This document shows positions 42,858 to 51,035 of a stretch of DNA of 64,000 bases, one piece after another. Location: NCBI GenBank assembly GCA_039679675.1, contig JBDKUN010000065.1:1-64000 (forward strand), written 5' to 3'. The notes under the pieces were generated by a model. That model was not told where the DNA came from, did not search any database, and saw nothing but the letters and a program-made list of their open reading frames with translations. The DNA comes from Armatimonadota bacterium. GTDB taxonomy: Bacteria; Armatimonadota; UBA5829; DTLH01. The position numbers and the translations under genes were made by a program. Numbering within the stretch: the first letter of the stretch is position 1; the number at the start of each line of letters is the position of its first letter.

Positions 42858-42930
42858 GATTAGTGGAGACTCGTAGCTTCCTGATGCTTCGGGACCGCAG
42901 TTCGTCCCGAAGCACGAATCTCCACCAATC
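42858..42930. repeat. REP-like palindromic element, copy 1
   Basis: TGCTTCGGGAC-CGCAGTTC-GTCCCGAAGCA core with outer imperfect arms GATTAGTGGAGAC/ATCTCCACCAATC. Confidence 0.8.
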
Positions 42931-42986
42931 TAAAAAAGTTGGCTTCTACCGCACCAAAGATTCCATCACAATCATTCACAAGACGC

Positions 42987-43196
42987 TTATCGTAGAATTC
43001 GCCAAATAATCTGTGCAATCCACCACCCAAAAATAACTGCACCCGCACTAATGATACCAACACCTATAGCTATGTATTTCGAGAAGCGTTTCTGCACAGA
43101 TATTGAGATGTATCTAAGCAAAAAACAAGTTGCCCCAAAAACGCATATACATTGTATCAGTAATGCTACAATGATCCTAAAGACTGTATAAGTCAT
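42987..43196 (-). CDS. Small AT-rich two-TM membrane protein
   Basis: AAGGA RBS; 69 aa with two hydrophobic helices; lies between the two palindromic repeats. Confidence 0.6.
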   Translation of the reverse strand: MTYTVFRIIVALLIQCICVFGATCFLLRYISISVQKRFSKYIAIGVGIISAGAVIFGWWIAQIIWRILR

Positions 43197-43233
43197 AGTA
43201 CGCTATCCTTTATCAACCTAATTCATTAAGGGT

Positions 43234-43278
43234 TGCTTCGGGACCGCAGTTCGTCCCGAAGCACAATTCTCCACCAAT
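43234..43278. repeat. REP-like palindromic element, copy 2
   Basis: Identical 31-bp TGCTTCGGGACCGCAGTTCGTCCCGAAGCAC plus TCTCCACCAAT. Confidence 0.8.
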
Positions 43279-44457
43279 TCACCCGTTCCCTATTTCCCGC
43301 AAAAAACTCTTTCCGTTTTTCATGTGCGGCAGGGAAAGGGCTTCGGCTATGGTTGCGGCAACATCCGAGAAAGTTTCCCTCACCCCCAGGTCGACACCTG
43401 CTTTAAGCCCTGGGCCAATTACGATAAGCGGGACATATTCCCGGCTGTGGTCGGTGCTCGGCGTAGTAGGATCGCAGCCATGGTCTGCTGTTATTATCAA
43501 CAAATCCCCCATTTCGAGCGCAGTAAGCAGCCTCGGAATCTCCTGATCGAACGCTTCGAGCGCTGCTGCATATCCTTCGGGGTCATTTCTGTGGCCGTAG
43601 CGCATATCGAAATCGACAAGATTCGAGAATATCAATGCGCCCTTTCGGGATTCAACCTCACGAATAGTCACTTCTGTGATCTCGGCATTTCCAGCAGCAT
43701 GTATTGCACGGGTCACTCCACGGCCTGCAAAAATGTCCTCTATTTTTCCTATTGCAACTACTTCCCCACCCTTCTTCTCGACATAATCGAGAAGAGTCTC
43801 TTCCGGCGGGGCCAGCGAAAAATCCCTGCGGCGCGGTGTCCTCGTGAAGCTACCCGGCTCGCCGATAAAAGGCCTTGCTATGACCCTTGCAACGGCGTGG
43901 GGGCCGGAGAGAATGCGCCTGGCGGTCATACACCAGCGGTACAGCTCATTTACCGGCACGATGCCCTCATGCGCTGCAATCTGAAACACACTGTCTGCTG
44001 ATGTATATACTATGGGACTTCCTGTTTTCAGATGTTCAGCACCCAACTGCTCGATTATCACTGTTCCAGAGGCCGGAATATTGCCGAGCGTCTTCCTGCC
44101 TATTTCTTTCTCGAACAGGCCGAGCACATCCTGTGGAAAACCGTTCGGATAGACCGGAAACGGTTGGTGCGTAATGATCCCGGCCAGTTCCCAGTGACCG
44201 ATAGTCGTGTCTTTCCCGGCGGAACGCTCTGCCATTTTACCATAGCAAGCCAGCGGATGAGGGACAGCGGGCACTCCGTCTATATTAATGATGTTACCGA
44301 GTCCCAACCGCTCAAGGTTCGGCAGGTTTAATCCTCCTACGGCTGACGCTATATGCCCGAGCGTATTGCTTCCGGCATCTCCATAGCTCGCGGCATCCGG
44401 CAGTTCCCCTACCCCGAGTGAATCTAGGACGATGATTATAGCACGGGATATTTTCAT
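43279..44457 (-). CDS. deoB: Phosphopentomutase
   Basis: [45 protein letters not shown]. Confidence 0.96.
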   Translation of the reverse strand: MKISRAIIIVLDSLGVGELPDAASYGDAGSNTLGHIASAVGGLNLPNLERLGLGNIINIDGVPAVPHPLACYGKMAERSAGKDTTIGHWELAGIITHQPFPVYPNGFPQDVLGLFEKEIGRKTLGNIPASGTVIIEQLGAEHLKTGSPIVYTSADSVFQIAAHEGIVPVNELYRWCMTARRILSGPHAVARVIARPFIGEPGSFTRTPRRRDFSLAPPEETLLDYVEKKGGEVVAIGKIEDIFAGRGVTRAIHAAGNAEITEVTIREVESRKGALIFSNLVDFDMRYGHRNDPEGYAAALEAFDQEIPRLLTALEMGDLLIITADHGCDPTTPSTDHSREYVPLIVIGPGLKAGVDLGVRETFSDVAATIAEALSLPHMKNGKSFLREIGNG

Positions 44458-44460
44458 AGA

Positions 44461-45351
44461 CTATGCCCTTGGGTGAGATTTTCTATATACTTCACGCAGG
44501 TGGTCGCGCGTGACATGGGTATAGACCTGCGTCGTTGCAATATCTGCATGCCCCAGCATCTCCTGTATCGACCTTATGTCCGCGCCGTGCTCCAGAAGAT
44601 GCGTCGCAAATGAATGCCTGAGCACGTGAGGAGTTATTTGCTTGGTTATCCCTGCAGATTCCGCATGCTTTTTGACGATCTTCCAGAAGCTGACCCTTGT
44701 CATAGGACCGCCGAGGCGCGTAATAAACAAATACTCGTTCCTCCGGCCTTTTGCGAATACCGGTCGGCTCTCGTTCAGATAACGGCGGATCATCCCGACG
44801 GCTATATCGCCTATCGGCACGACACGCTCTTTGGAACCTTTTCCGACACATCTCACAAACCCTACACCCAGGTTCACATCGTTCGTGAGCAGGTTTACAA
44901 GCTCGGACACCCTGAGTCCCGTCGCGTACATCGTCTCAAGCATCGCCCGGTCTCTTATTCCGTTGGGCTCGGACAGGTCAGGCTGGTTTAGGAGCCTGAC
45001 GATATCGTCTTCAGTGAGTATCTTCGGAAGCGGTTTTGCCGGCCGAGGGTTCTCGATAAAACCTGCGGGATCGCCTGAAATATCACCTTCGCGCTGAAGA
45101 AACTTGAGAAATGTTCTAAGAGCAGCGAATTTTCTTTCCACGCTCGCTGCAGCATACTTCTCGCGACGGAGTCTTGCGATAAACTGAGTAATGAGCTCTT
45201 CACGAATGCCTTTGACCGTGTCTACACCCATTTCGTCAGAATATGCGGCAAACTGGGCGATGTCCCGCGCATAGGAAGCTATGGTATTCTCCGAAAGGCC
45301 GCGCTCGACCATAAGATAATCGAGAAATTTCTGAATATGGGCGTCCATCAT
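44461..45351 (-). CDS. xerD: Site-specific tyrosine recombinase XerD
   Basis: ERGLSENTIASY, YATGLRVSEL, GKGSKER, PHVLRHSFATHLL, HPRA C-terminus. Confidence 0.93.
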   Translation of the reverse strand: MMDAHIQKFLDYLMVERGLSENTIASYARDIAQFAAYSDEMGVDTVKGIREELITQFIARLRREKYAAASVERKFAALRTFLKFLQREGDISGDPAGFIENPRPAKPLPKILTEDDIVRLLNQPDLSEPNGIRDRAMLETMYATGLRVSELVNLLTNDVNLGVGFVRCVGKGSKERVVPIGDIAVGMIRRYLNESRPVFAKGRRNEYLFITRLGGPMTRVSFWKIVKKHAESAGITKQITPHVLRHSFATHLLEHGADIRSIQEMLGHADIATTQVYTHVTRDHLREVYRKSHPRA

Positions 45352-46985
45352 ATTTTCCGGTAGACCTTTATCGTCGGTGACATATACTTCAGGTCATGCG
45401 GCAGGTTTTCGGTCGGACCGAAGGAGATATTGAAGGCTTTCAGATCTCTTTTGAATACTGCAACCTCTTTGTAAGACTTTTTCAAGCCTTCCAAAAACTT
45501 CATAGCGCTTGGAACCTGCAGCCGAACGGCATCTTCATACTCAAAATCGGTCATTACGATATATTCCGGCATTTCCTCATTCACAATCGACGGGTCCCAT
45601 TCCCCGCCGGGACCGGGGTTGACCTTGATACTGTAGCGCGAGTTAAGCGTCCCCTGAAACCGGTCGCTCCGGTTTACAGCCGTAGAGTCCGGCGAGATCG
45701 GTGGAGTATAAAACCACGGCACAGTCGGAAGCCCGATTGCAGCTGACGGCTTTATATTATCACTGAACCACTGCGCAGCCTGTGTTCTCGTGTCCGGTGC
45801 CAGGAACAGCAGGTCGAAAGATATCGCATAAATGCAGGTATAGCCTACTGCAGCAACGCATATACCGGCCCAGACCCACCTGAGCATCGCCGTCCCCTGC
45901 TCTTTCGCCACCTGGTAGACTTCCACTATCATACGGCCGACGAGTACCGCAAGAGGCGGAAGTATCAGGATCATATAGCGGGCGAACCTTACTTCCGACA
46001 TTGAGATCATCGCGTAGTAAGGAAGCACGAACGACAGTATAAGCCAATCAGCCGGTTTCCGGCGTACTACAGCCAGTGCGACTGCAGCAAGGACCACCAC
46101 AAGCAGAAATACCCCAAGCCCATAACCGAGCGAGTTGGAAAGAATATCGAGCCAGCCGGGACCCTTCCCCACAAACACAAGCCCATGCCCGCTTCCCGCG
46201 TGCCTTAGCTCGTAAGTAAACCCTTCGATGAACCGACCAGGACGAATAAGGACCGCCGGTGTAGAGATAAGAAATCCGGTCAGGAACGAGGGTGCTATCA
46301 TCCAAAACCTAGAGTCTTTCAGCCGCTTCAGGACTGAGACCTTGCCTTCTCTCAAAAAATGAGCCAAGAGAACTGGGATCAGCACAACTCCCGCGTTATA
46401 TTTGGTACCTGCGGCGATACCTGCCACGATGCCTGCCGCAATGTACCATTTAGGAGCCGGTTTTGCGATAATCATCGCTGAAGCAAGTAACGTTACAGCT
46501 ACCCAGAATGCGGCGGGGACATCTACCGTTGCAAAATGAGAGTGAACGATGTGAAGCGGAATGATGGCCATAATGACGGCAGCTAACACGCCTGCCGCAC
46601 GTCCGTAAAGCCGGTTTGCGGCCCCGTAGACGGCCAAAACGGTCAGCGTGCCGAGAATAACGACGGTAAGCCTGGCAATCAGATAGACACTGACAAGCGT
46701 TTTGTCTATCGTTACCCCGTAATACGGCGCGGTATGAACCGCAAGCGCGCCGAGGTTCATATATCCTGACGGATAATTATAGAAACCAGGGTCGAGCTGA
46801 AACGAAAATGGGTCGATCCTCAGCATAGCACCGATCTGGAAGATTTCATCCGGATGGTATGTAAACTGATGAAAAGCGTCGGGCAAACCCCAGTGGATAC
46901 CCCATATACGGAGTACAAACGCAGTGATCGTTATAAAAGTGACTGCAGCAGTCACCCATAGCTTTGCGGCAGGTTGTTTCTTCAT
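45348..46985 (-). CDS. GT-C glycosyltransferase (family 39/ArnT-PMT-like)
   Basis: WGLP..HPDE, YNYP, HSHFATVD, GTKYN; many TM segments; ATG overlaps the upstream stop (TAATG). Confidence 0.88.
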   Translation of the reverse strand: MKKQPAAKLWVTAAVTFITITAFVLRIWGIHWGLPDAFHQFTYHPDEIFQIGAMLRIDPFSFQLDPGFYNYPSGYMNLGALAVHTAPYYGVTIDKTLVSVYLIARLTVVILGTLTVLAVYGAANRLYGRAAGVLAAVIMAIIPLHIVHSHFATVDVPAAFWVAVTLLASAMIIAKPAPKWYIAAGIVAGIAAGTKYNAGVVLIPVLLAHFLREGKVSVLKRLKDSRFWMIAPSFLTGFLISTPAVLIRPGRFIEGFTYELRHAGSGHGLVFVGKGPGWLDILSNSLGYGLGVFLLVVVLAAVALAVVRRKPADWLILSFVLPYYAMISMSEVRFARYMILILPPLAVLVGRMIVEVYQVAKEQGTAMLRWVWAGICVAAVGYTCIYAISFDLLFLAPDTRTQAAQWFSDNIKPSAAIGLPTVPWFYTPPISPDSTAVNRSDRFQGTLNSRYSIKVNPGPGGEWDPSIVNEEMPEYIVMTDFEYEDAVRLQVPSAMKFLEGLKKSYKEVAVFKRDLKAFNISFGPTENLPHDLKYMSPTIKVYRKI

Positions 46986-47632
46986 TAGTCCGGGCAACCT
47001 TCCTTTGCTGCTCGTGAGGTTTTCGACTTTTTCGGACACATCGTTAGCTGGATCAGGATAAATATGCCAACAGCCATCAGAACATCGCCAATGCTGAATA
47101 TCCCCGAAAACACCTTTGAAAGCCCACATGGAAGAGCATCCGTAATGAGTTTAGGCACCGGTATAGTATCTCCCAGGAAATTGAATTTTGACCAGGCGCT
47201 ACCAGACATTACGATGTGTCTCATACCTTCTGACCGATTCAATACATCCGCCACTCCCGCTATGGCAGCGGCTTTTTCGGAAACAGGCATCTTTCCAGCG
47301 TTAAGCACTATCGGAAACAGGTTCAACACCCATCCGGCCAGGAACCACTTCATCCCCGGCAGTTTTCTATTCGCCCAGAAAAATACAAGAAACGCAATGC
47401 TCGCGATTATGTGCAGCAGGCCGGTCAGATGGGACCAGAGGATGGTTTTACCTAAATATTTCCCCAACACCATGGAAACGATGATAATGAACGCCGGGAT
47501 AAAGACAAGCCACAGGCTTTTTATCTCCAGATCCGCAAGCCGCCGGAGCCGCCCGCGGCGTATGAGCGCTATTATAATCGAGAGAATACCGGCCTCAAAC
47601 GCCAATTTCACACCTGCCTTCATTCTTTTCAA
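46985..47632 (-). CDS. DUF5317-family membrane protein
   Basis: RRGRLRRLADLEIK, WANRKLPG, LN..PIVLNAGKMPVS, FLGDTIPVP, IFSIGDVLM; start uncertain. Confidence 0.82.
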   Translation of the reverse strand: MKRMKAGVKLAFEAGILSIIIALIRRGRLRRLADLEIKSLWLVFIPAFIIIVSMVLGKYLGKTILWSHLTGLLHIIASIAFLVFFWANRKLPGMKWFLAGWVLNLFPIVLNAGKMPVSEKAAAIAGVADVLNRSEGMRHIVMSGSAWSKFNFLGDTIPVPKLITDALPCGLSKVFSGIFSIGDVLMAVGIFILIQLTMCPKKSKTSRAAKEGCPD

Positions 47633-48293
47633 GGACTTTCAAAAATGCATCCACAACTGAAGGATCGTATTTATTACCGAAACCACTTTTTATCTGCAAT
47701 ATAGCCTCTTCCTTCGGCTGAGACTGATGATATGGTCTGTCCGAAATGATGGCATCATAATCGGTAGTTACAGCAAGAATACGTGATGCAAGAGGTATAT
47801 CCTCACCCGACAACCCATCAGGATAGCCGGTCCCATCCCAATGTTCGTGGTGATGAAGGATCGAATCCCTCAAAAATGAAAGCGACGGCACTGCCTGTAC
47901 CATATCCGCACCGAGTGTCGAGTGACTCTTTACTTTCTCCCACTCAACAGGAGTCAGAGGCTCGCTCTTGTTGAGCAGCATTGCCGGAACATTCACCTTC
48001 CCGATGTCCCTCAAAAGCGCGGCATATTCTATCTCCAGCCGTTTATCTGTATCTATCCCCAGCTCATCCGCAACAGCAGTCGCATACTCGGCTACCCTCT
48101 TTGCATGGCCGATGGTACCAGAGTCCCTGGTTTCGACGGCAGCCGCAAGAGCATAAAGCGCCTTTTTGAAGGCTAACTCCATCTTGCGAGGTTGATAGAA
48201 GCTGGAATAATACCAACTTCCAAAGGTTATGATCGCAGCAACAGCCACCGCGATTATAACCGGCGGTGTCCACTGGCTAGCCATTGCCTCCAA
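47595..48293 (-). CDS. HD-GYP domain protein, degenerate (HD->RD), single N-terminal TM
   Basis: GHAKRV, ALLRDIGK, HHHEHWDGTGYPDGL, AVTTDYDAIISDRPYH. Confidence 0.88.
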   Translation of the reverse strand: MEAMASQWTPPVIIAVAVAAIITFGSWYYSSFYQPRKMELAFKKALYALAAAVETRDSGTIGHAKRVAEYATAVADELGIDTDKRLEIEYAALLRDIGKVNVPAMLLNKSEPLTPVEWEKVKSHSTLGADMVQAVPSLSFLRDSILHHHEHWDGTGYPDGLSGEDIPLASRILAVTTDYDAIISDRPYHQSQPKEEAILQIKSGFGNKYDPSVVDAFLKVLEKNEGRCEIGV

Positions 48294-49824
48294 CCCTTAT
48301 CCCCTCCCTGTCGACCATCTTGAGAAATGCATGCACAACATCCGGTGAAAATTGCGATCCGGCGCCTCTTCTAAGCTCGTTGATCGCATCATCGACACTA
48401 AGCGGTTCTCGATATACTCTGCGTTTCGGAGCGCCGCAGACAGGGCATACTTCCGGGCGCTCGCCGTTTTCAGCCTTGAAACCGCATGCATCGCACTCCC
48501 AGTCCACGGACATCTCCCGGTCATCCGTCATAGCATCGAATGCATCCGCAACAGCGATAATTGCGGCCTCCAGCGGAACTCCGCCGTTTTTCACTCCATC
48601 GTCAGGATAACCCGCACCATTTGCCCATTTGTGGTGATACTTTATCCAGTCTACTGTCTGGTTCAAAAAGTCGATATGCTCGACAATTTCTGCGCCTTTT
48701 ACCGGATGCTCTTTGATCTTCGACCATTCCTCATCCGTCAGCTTTCCAACTTTGTCCAGGATTTCCTCAGATACTCCCACTTTTCCGATGTCATGCAGCA
48801 GCCCAGCATAAGGCATAAGCATAATCGTCTCGGTGGAAAGCCGGAGTTCTCTTGCAAGCCGCTCTGAAAGCTCAGCAACGCGCTTCAGGTGCCCTCTTGT
48901 ATACGGATGGTAATGCTGCATATAGGTACCTAATGTGGCGATAGTATCCATATACATTTTCTCTCGCTCGACAGCTCTCTGAACCGCGAGACGGAGTGAA
49001 AGAAACGGCCCAAGCGCAACTAATCCACTCAATATACCGACATGAAGATACAGATAGATCAAAAGGACCGTGACCGGCGGAAGCAGCAGATATTGGCTCC
49101 ATGTCAGGCGGACGCTGCCCAGAAGCAAGATTTTCAACCTCAGGACAAAGCTGTACCAATCACTGCCTTTTTTAGGCGATTGAGGCTCATTTACCAGAGC
49201 TGCAGCAGCGCACCGCGCTTCATCAACTATAAAATATGTAATTATGCCGACTAAAAACGGCAGCGCGGCATGCAGGAAAAGCATGCTGTTTGAAGCGGAC
49301 ATAAAGTACCGCTGATCCAGAACATGCCCCCCTACGCATCTGTACGCAAGAGCTGCAAGTCCCACATTTATTACATCAAGCGCAGTATTGGCGATTATGA
49401 TTTCAAGTGCCCAGAAAAACGGATAATTCGCTCTACCTTCCCAGGCACCCGCTAAAGTCCTGATAATACTGTGAAGGCGGGTCGTTCCGGTATCTGATTC
49501 ATGGTTTTTCAGCCACCTGGCACACACCCATCCGGTAATATTGACGACAGGTAAAGGAATTGCGGCGACGAGCATTGCGAGGACAGGTCCGAACAGCACC
49601 ATTGCAGCCCAATGCATGGGAACGCTTATCGTTACTTCTCCCAAGCCATGCGGCACTGTAATAGGAGTTAGCTCCGACCATATTGCAAGTATTGCAAAGG
49701 CTAATGCCCCTTTCCAGACACCTGCCTCAGGCGGAATCACCCATAGCATTACGACTGCTATAGCCACCGCGGTCACTATCGATCCGCGGTAAAATAGATG
49801 AAACGACCTCTTACTACTTGCCAT
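48277..49824 (-). CDS. Membrane-sensor HD-GYP phosphodiesterase with a rubredoxin-like insertion
   Basis: Multi-TM N-terminus; HPYTRGH..RV, LLHDIGK, YHHKWANGAGYP, AVADAFDAM; WECDACG..CPVCGAPK inserted. Confidence 0.9.
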   Translation of the reverse strand: MASSKRSFHLFYRGSIVTAVAIAVVMLWVIPPEAGVWKGALAFAILAIWSELTPITVPHGLGEVTISVPMHWAAMVLFGPVLAMLVAAIPLPVVNITGWVCARWLKNHESDTGTTRLHSIIRTLAGAWEGRANYPFFWALEIIIANTALDVINVGLAALAYRCVGGHVLDQRYFMSASNSMLFLHAALPFLVGIITYFIVDEARCAAAALVNEPQSPKKGSDWYSFVLRLKILLLGSVRLTWSQYLLLPPVTVLLIYLYLHVGILSGLVALGPFLSLRLAVQRAVEREKMYMDTIATLGTYMQHYHPYTRGHLKRVAELSERLARELRLSTETIMLMPYAGLLHDIGKVGVSEEILDKVGKLTDEEWSKIKEHPVKGAEIVEHIDFLNQTVDWIKYHHKWANGAGYPDDGVKNGGVPLEAAIIAVADAFDAMTDDREMSVDWECDACGFKAENGERPEVCPVCGAPKRRVYREPLSVDDAINELRRGAGSQFSPDVVHAFLKMVDREGIRVGGNG

Positions 49825-49910
49825 TCAAACCATGTGGGCTGTCTAGAGCTTAATTTCGATGCTAGAGCAATGGCTCTAGTCTATAGTATGCCATCTTTGA
49901 AGCGTAACCT

Positions 49911-49937
49911 CTATCGGTAAAGACGGCGAATATTTTA
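49911..49937 (-). promoter_or_regulatory. Sigma28 (FliA/SigD)-like promoter upstream of the HD-GYP genes
   Basis: TAAA-N15-ACCGATAG on the minus strand versus consensus TAAA-N15-GCCGATAA. Confidence 0.6.
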
Positions 49938-50032
49938 GCATAATAATAAAATTATTGAGCCAACGGCAGCGACAGTTTTATTTCAGGAACTGCTGTGTAC
50001 CTGCATACATCCATCAGTTCAATAATTGTAAA

Positions 50033-50119
50033 CTATGGTGGTGGCCACTGTCTCCATGTGGCTCCGCAGGTTGCAGCCAGTGTCGCCAATGCGATCAGTA
50101 CCTTGAACAGGCGTTTCAT
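50033..50119 (-). CDS. 28-aa putative precursor/signalling peptide MKRLFKVLIALATLAATCGATWRQWPPP
   Basis: AAAGGGG RBS, ATG at 50119, TAG at 50033; basic n-region, hydrophobic h-region and Trp/Pro tail; co-oriented with the flanking genes; absent from the ORF track. Confidence 0.75.
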   Translation of the reverse strand: MKRLFKVLIALATLAATCGATWRQWPPP

Positions 50120-50247
50120 GTTTTTCAACCCCTTTCGCGTGATACTACCCCTTACCGCTCAGATGGGGTGCATTCATCGCTTCGCTCGGGTTGACTTTTC
50201 CGCTCATTTTTGGATCTGCCGCTCGCGCCGTTGGCTCAATTTGAAAA

Positions 50248-50901
50248 CTATTCTTTAGTTATCAATGTGGTTCGCCGGTTAATGGCATCCAGTGTAGCAT
50301 TAACCACAGCTTTCCATAAATCCTGCCTGACTATCGCGGAACCTGTTAAATAATCATCCCCGCGGTTCGTGACAAAATTGATCAATACTACAACAATATT
50401 CTTTCCGGCAAGATTGACTCCTGTGGTCATGTCTTCGACTACCATAGTACCGTCAGCCGCGCCTGCATCTTCGACCGCGCGCAGCGTTGCAGTCGCAATG
50501 AGCTTCATCTGGCTACTGCTCGAGCTTAAGCCCGTAGCAGTTCCCGTGTAAGCCACACCGTCTCTCCCTAAATGGACCGTAGCCTCTGCTCTGCTCCCTT
50601 CAAGAGAGATCGAAACGTCTGAAAACTTTAATCTGCCCTGCTCCTTTTTCTCATTACCCTGAAGTTGAGCTACGCTGACCTTTCGATGATCCAGCTGGAC
50701 GCCAAGTTTGGCCATAACCGCCGATTCGATGTCACGCACAACCTGTTTTGGGGCTCTACTTGCTTCCGTCAGAACGTGAATCTCCTCGATCTCTCCATCA
50801 TCGCCGGAAACTACCCGCGCAGATATCACATCGCGCAGCCGGCATATAACGGACTCAACATCAATCAGGTCGTCGATATTTTCTTTTCTTTCGACTGCCA
50901 T
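50248..50901 (-). CDS. Conserved hypothetical protein; C-terminus resembles the LeuA allosteric (regulatory) domain
   Basis: EIEEIHVL...PKQVVRDIES..DHRKVSVAQ N-domain; C-terminal GSAIVRQDLWKAVVNATLDAINR; AAGGAG RBS. Confidence 0.8.
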   Translation of the reverse strand: MAVERKENIDDLIDVESVICRLRDVISARVVSGDDGEIEEIHVLTEASRAPKQVVRDIESAVMAKLGVQLDHRKVSVAQLQGNEKKEQGRLKFSDVSISLEGSRAEATVHLGRDGVAYTGTATGLSSSSSQMKLIATATLRAVEDAGAADGTMVVEDMTTGVNLAGKNIVVVLINFVTNRGDDYLTGSAIVRQDLWKAVVNATLDAINRRTTLITKE

Positions 50902-50974
50902 TCTCCGCTCTCCTTTCGCCGCTACTTCCTTAAAGCGGCGCCCTCTCTTTTCCTCGCTTCGCCATTCGTGACTT

Positions 50975-51001
50975 TTATCGTCCGAATGGTCCTTTGCCTG
51001 A
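50975..51001 (-). promoter_or_regulatory. Sigma28-like promoter upstream of the peptide/HD-GYP locus
   Basis: TCAG-N15-GACGATAA on the minus strand. Confidence 0.5.
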
Positions 51002-51035
51002 AAACCGGCTATATAATTCTTGCACCGTTCTTCAG

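Noticed and set aside
42858..43278. CRISPR mini-array or integron attC cassette
   Set aside because: Only two repeats about 350 bp apart; no clear RYYYAAC/GTTRRRY boxes; the nearby recombinase is a standard XerD without the IntI insertion.
44461..45351. Second mobile-element integrase
   Set aside because: Typical chromosomal XerD next to deoB; no att sites or cargo.
47595..49824. cGAMP-specific HD-GYP signature matching the riboswitch
   Set aside because: Both proteins retain Arg at the first position of the RxxR/K motif rather than the Gln/Asn reported for cGAMP-selective enzymes, so specificity cannot be claimed.
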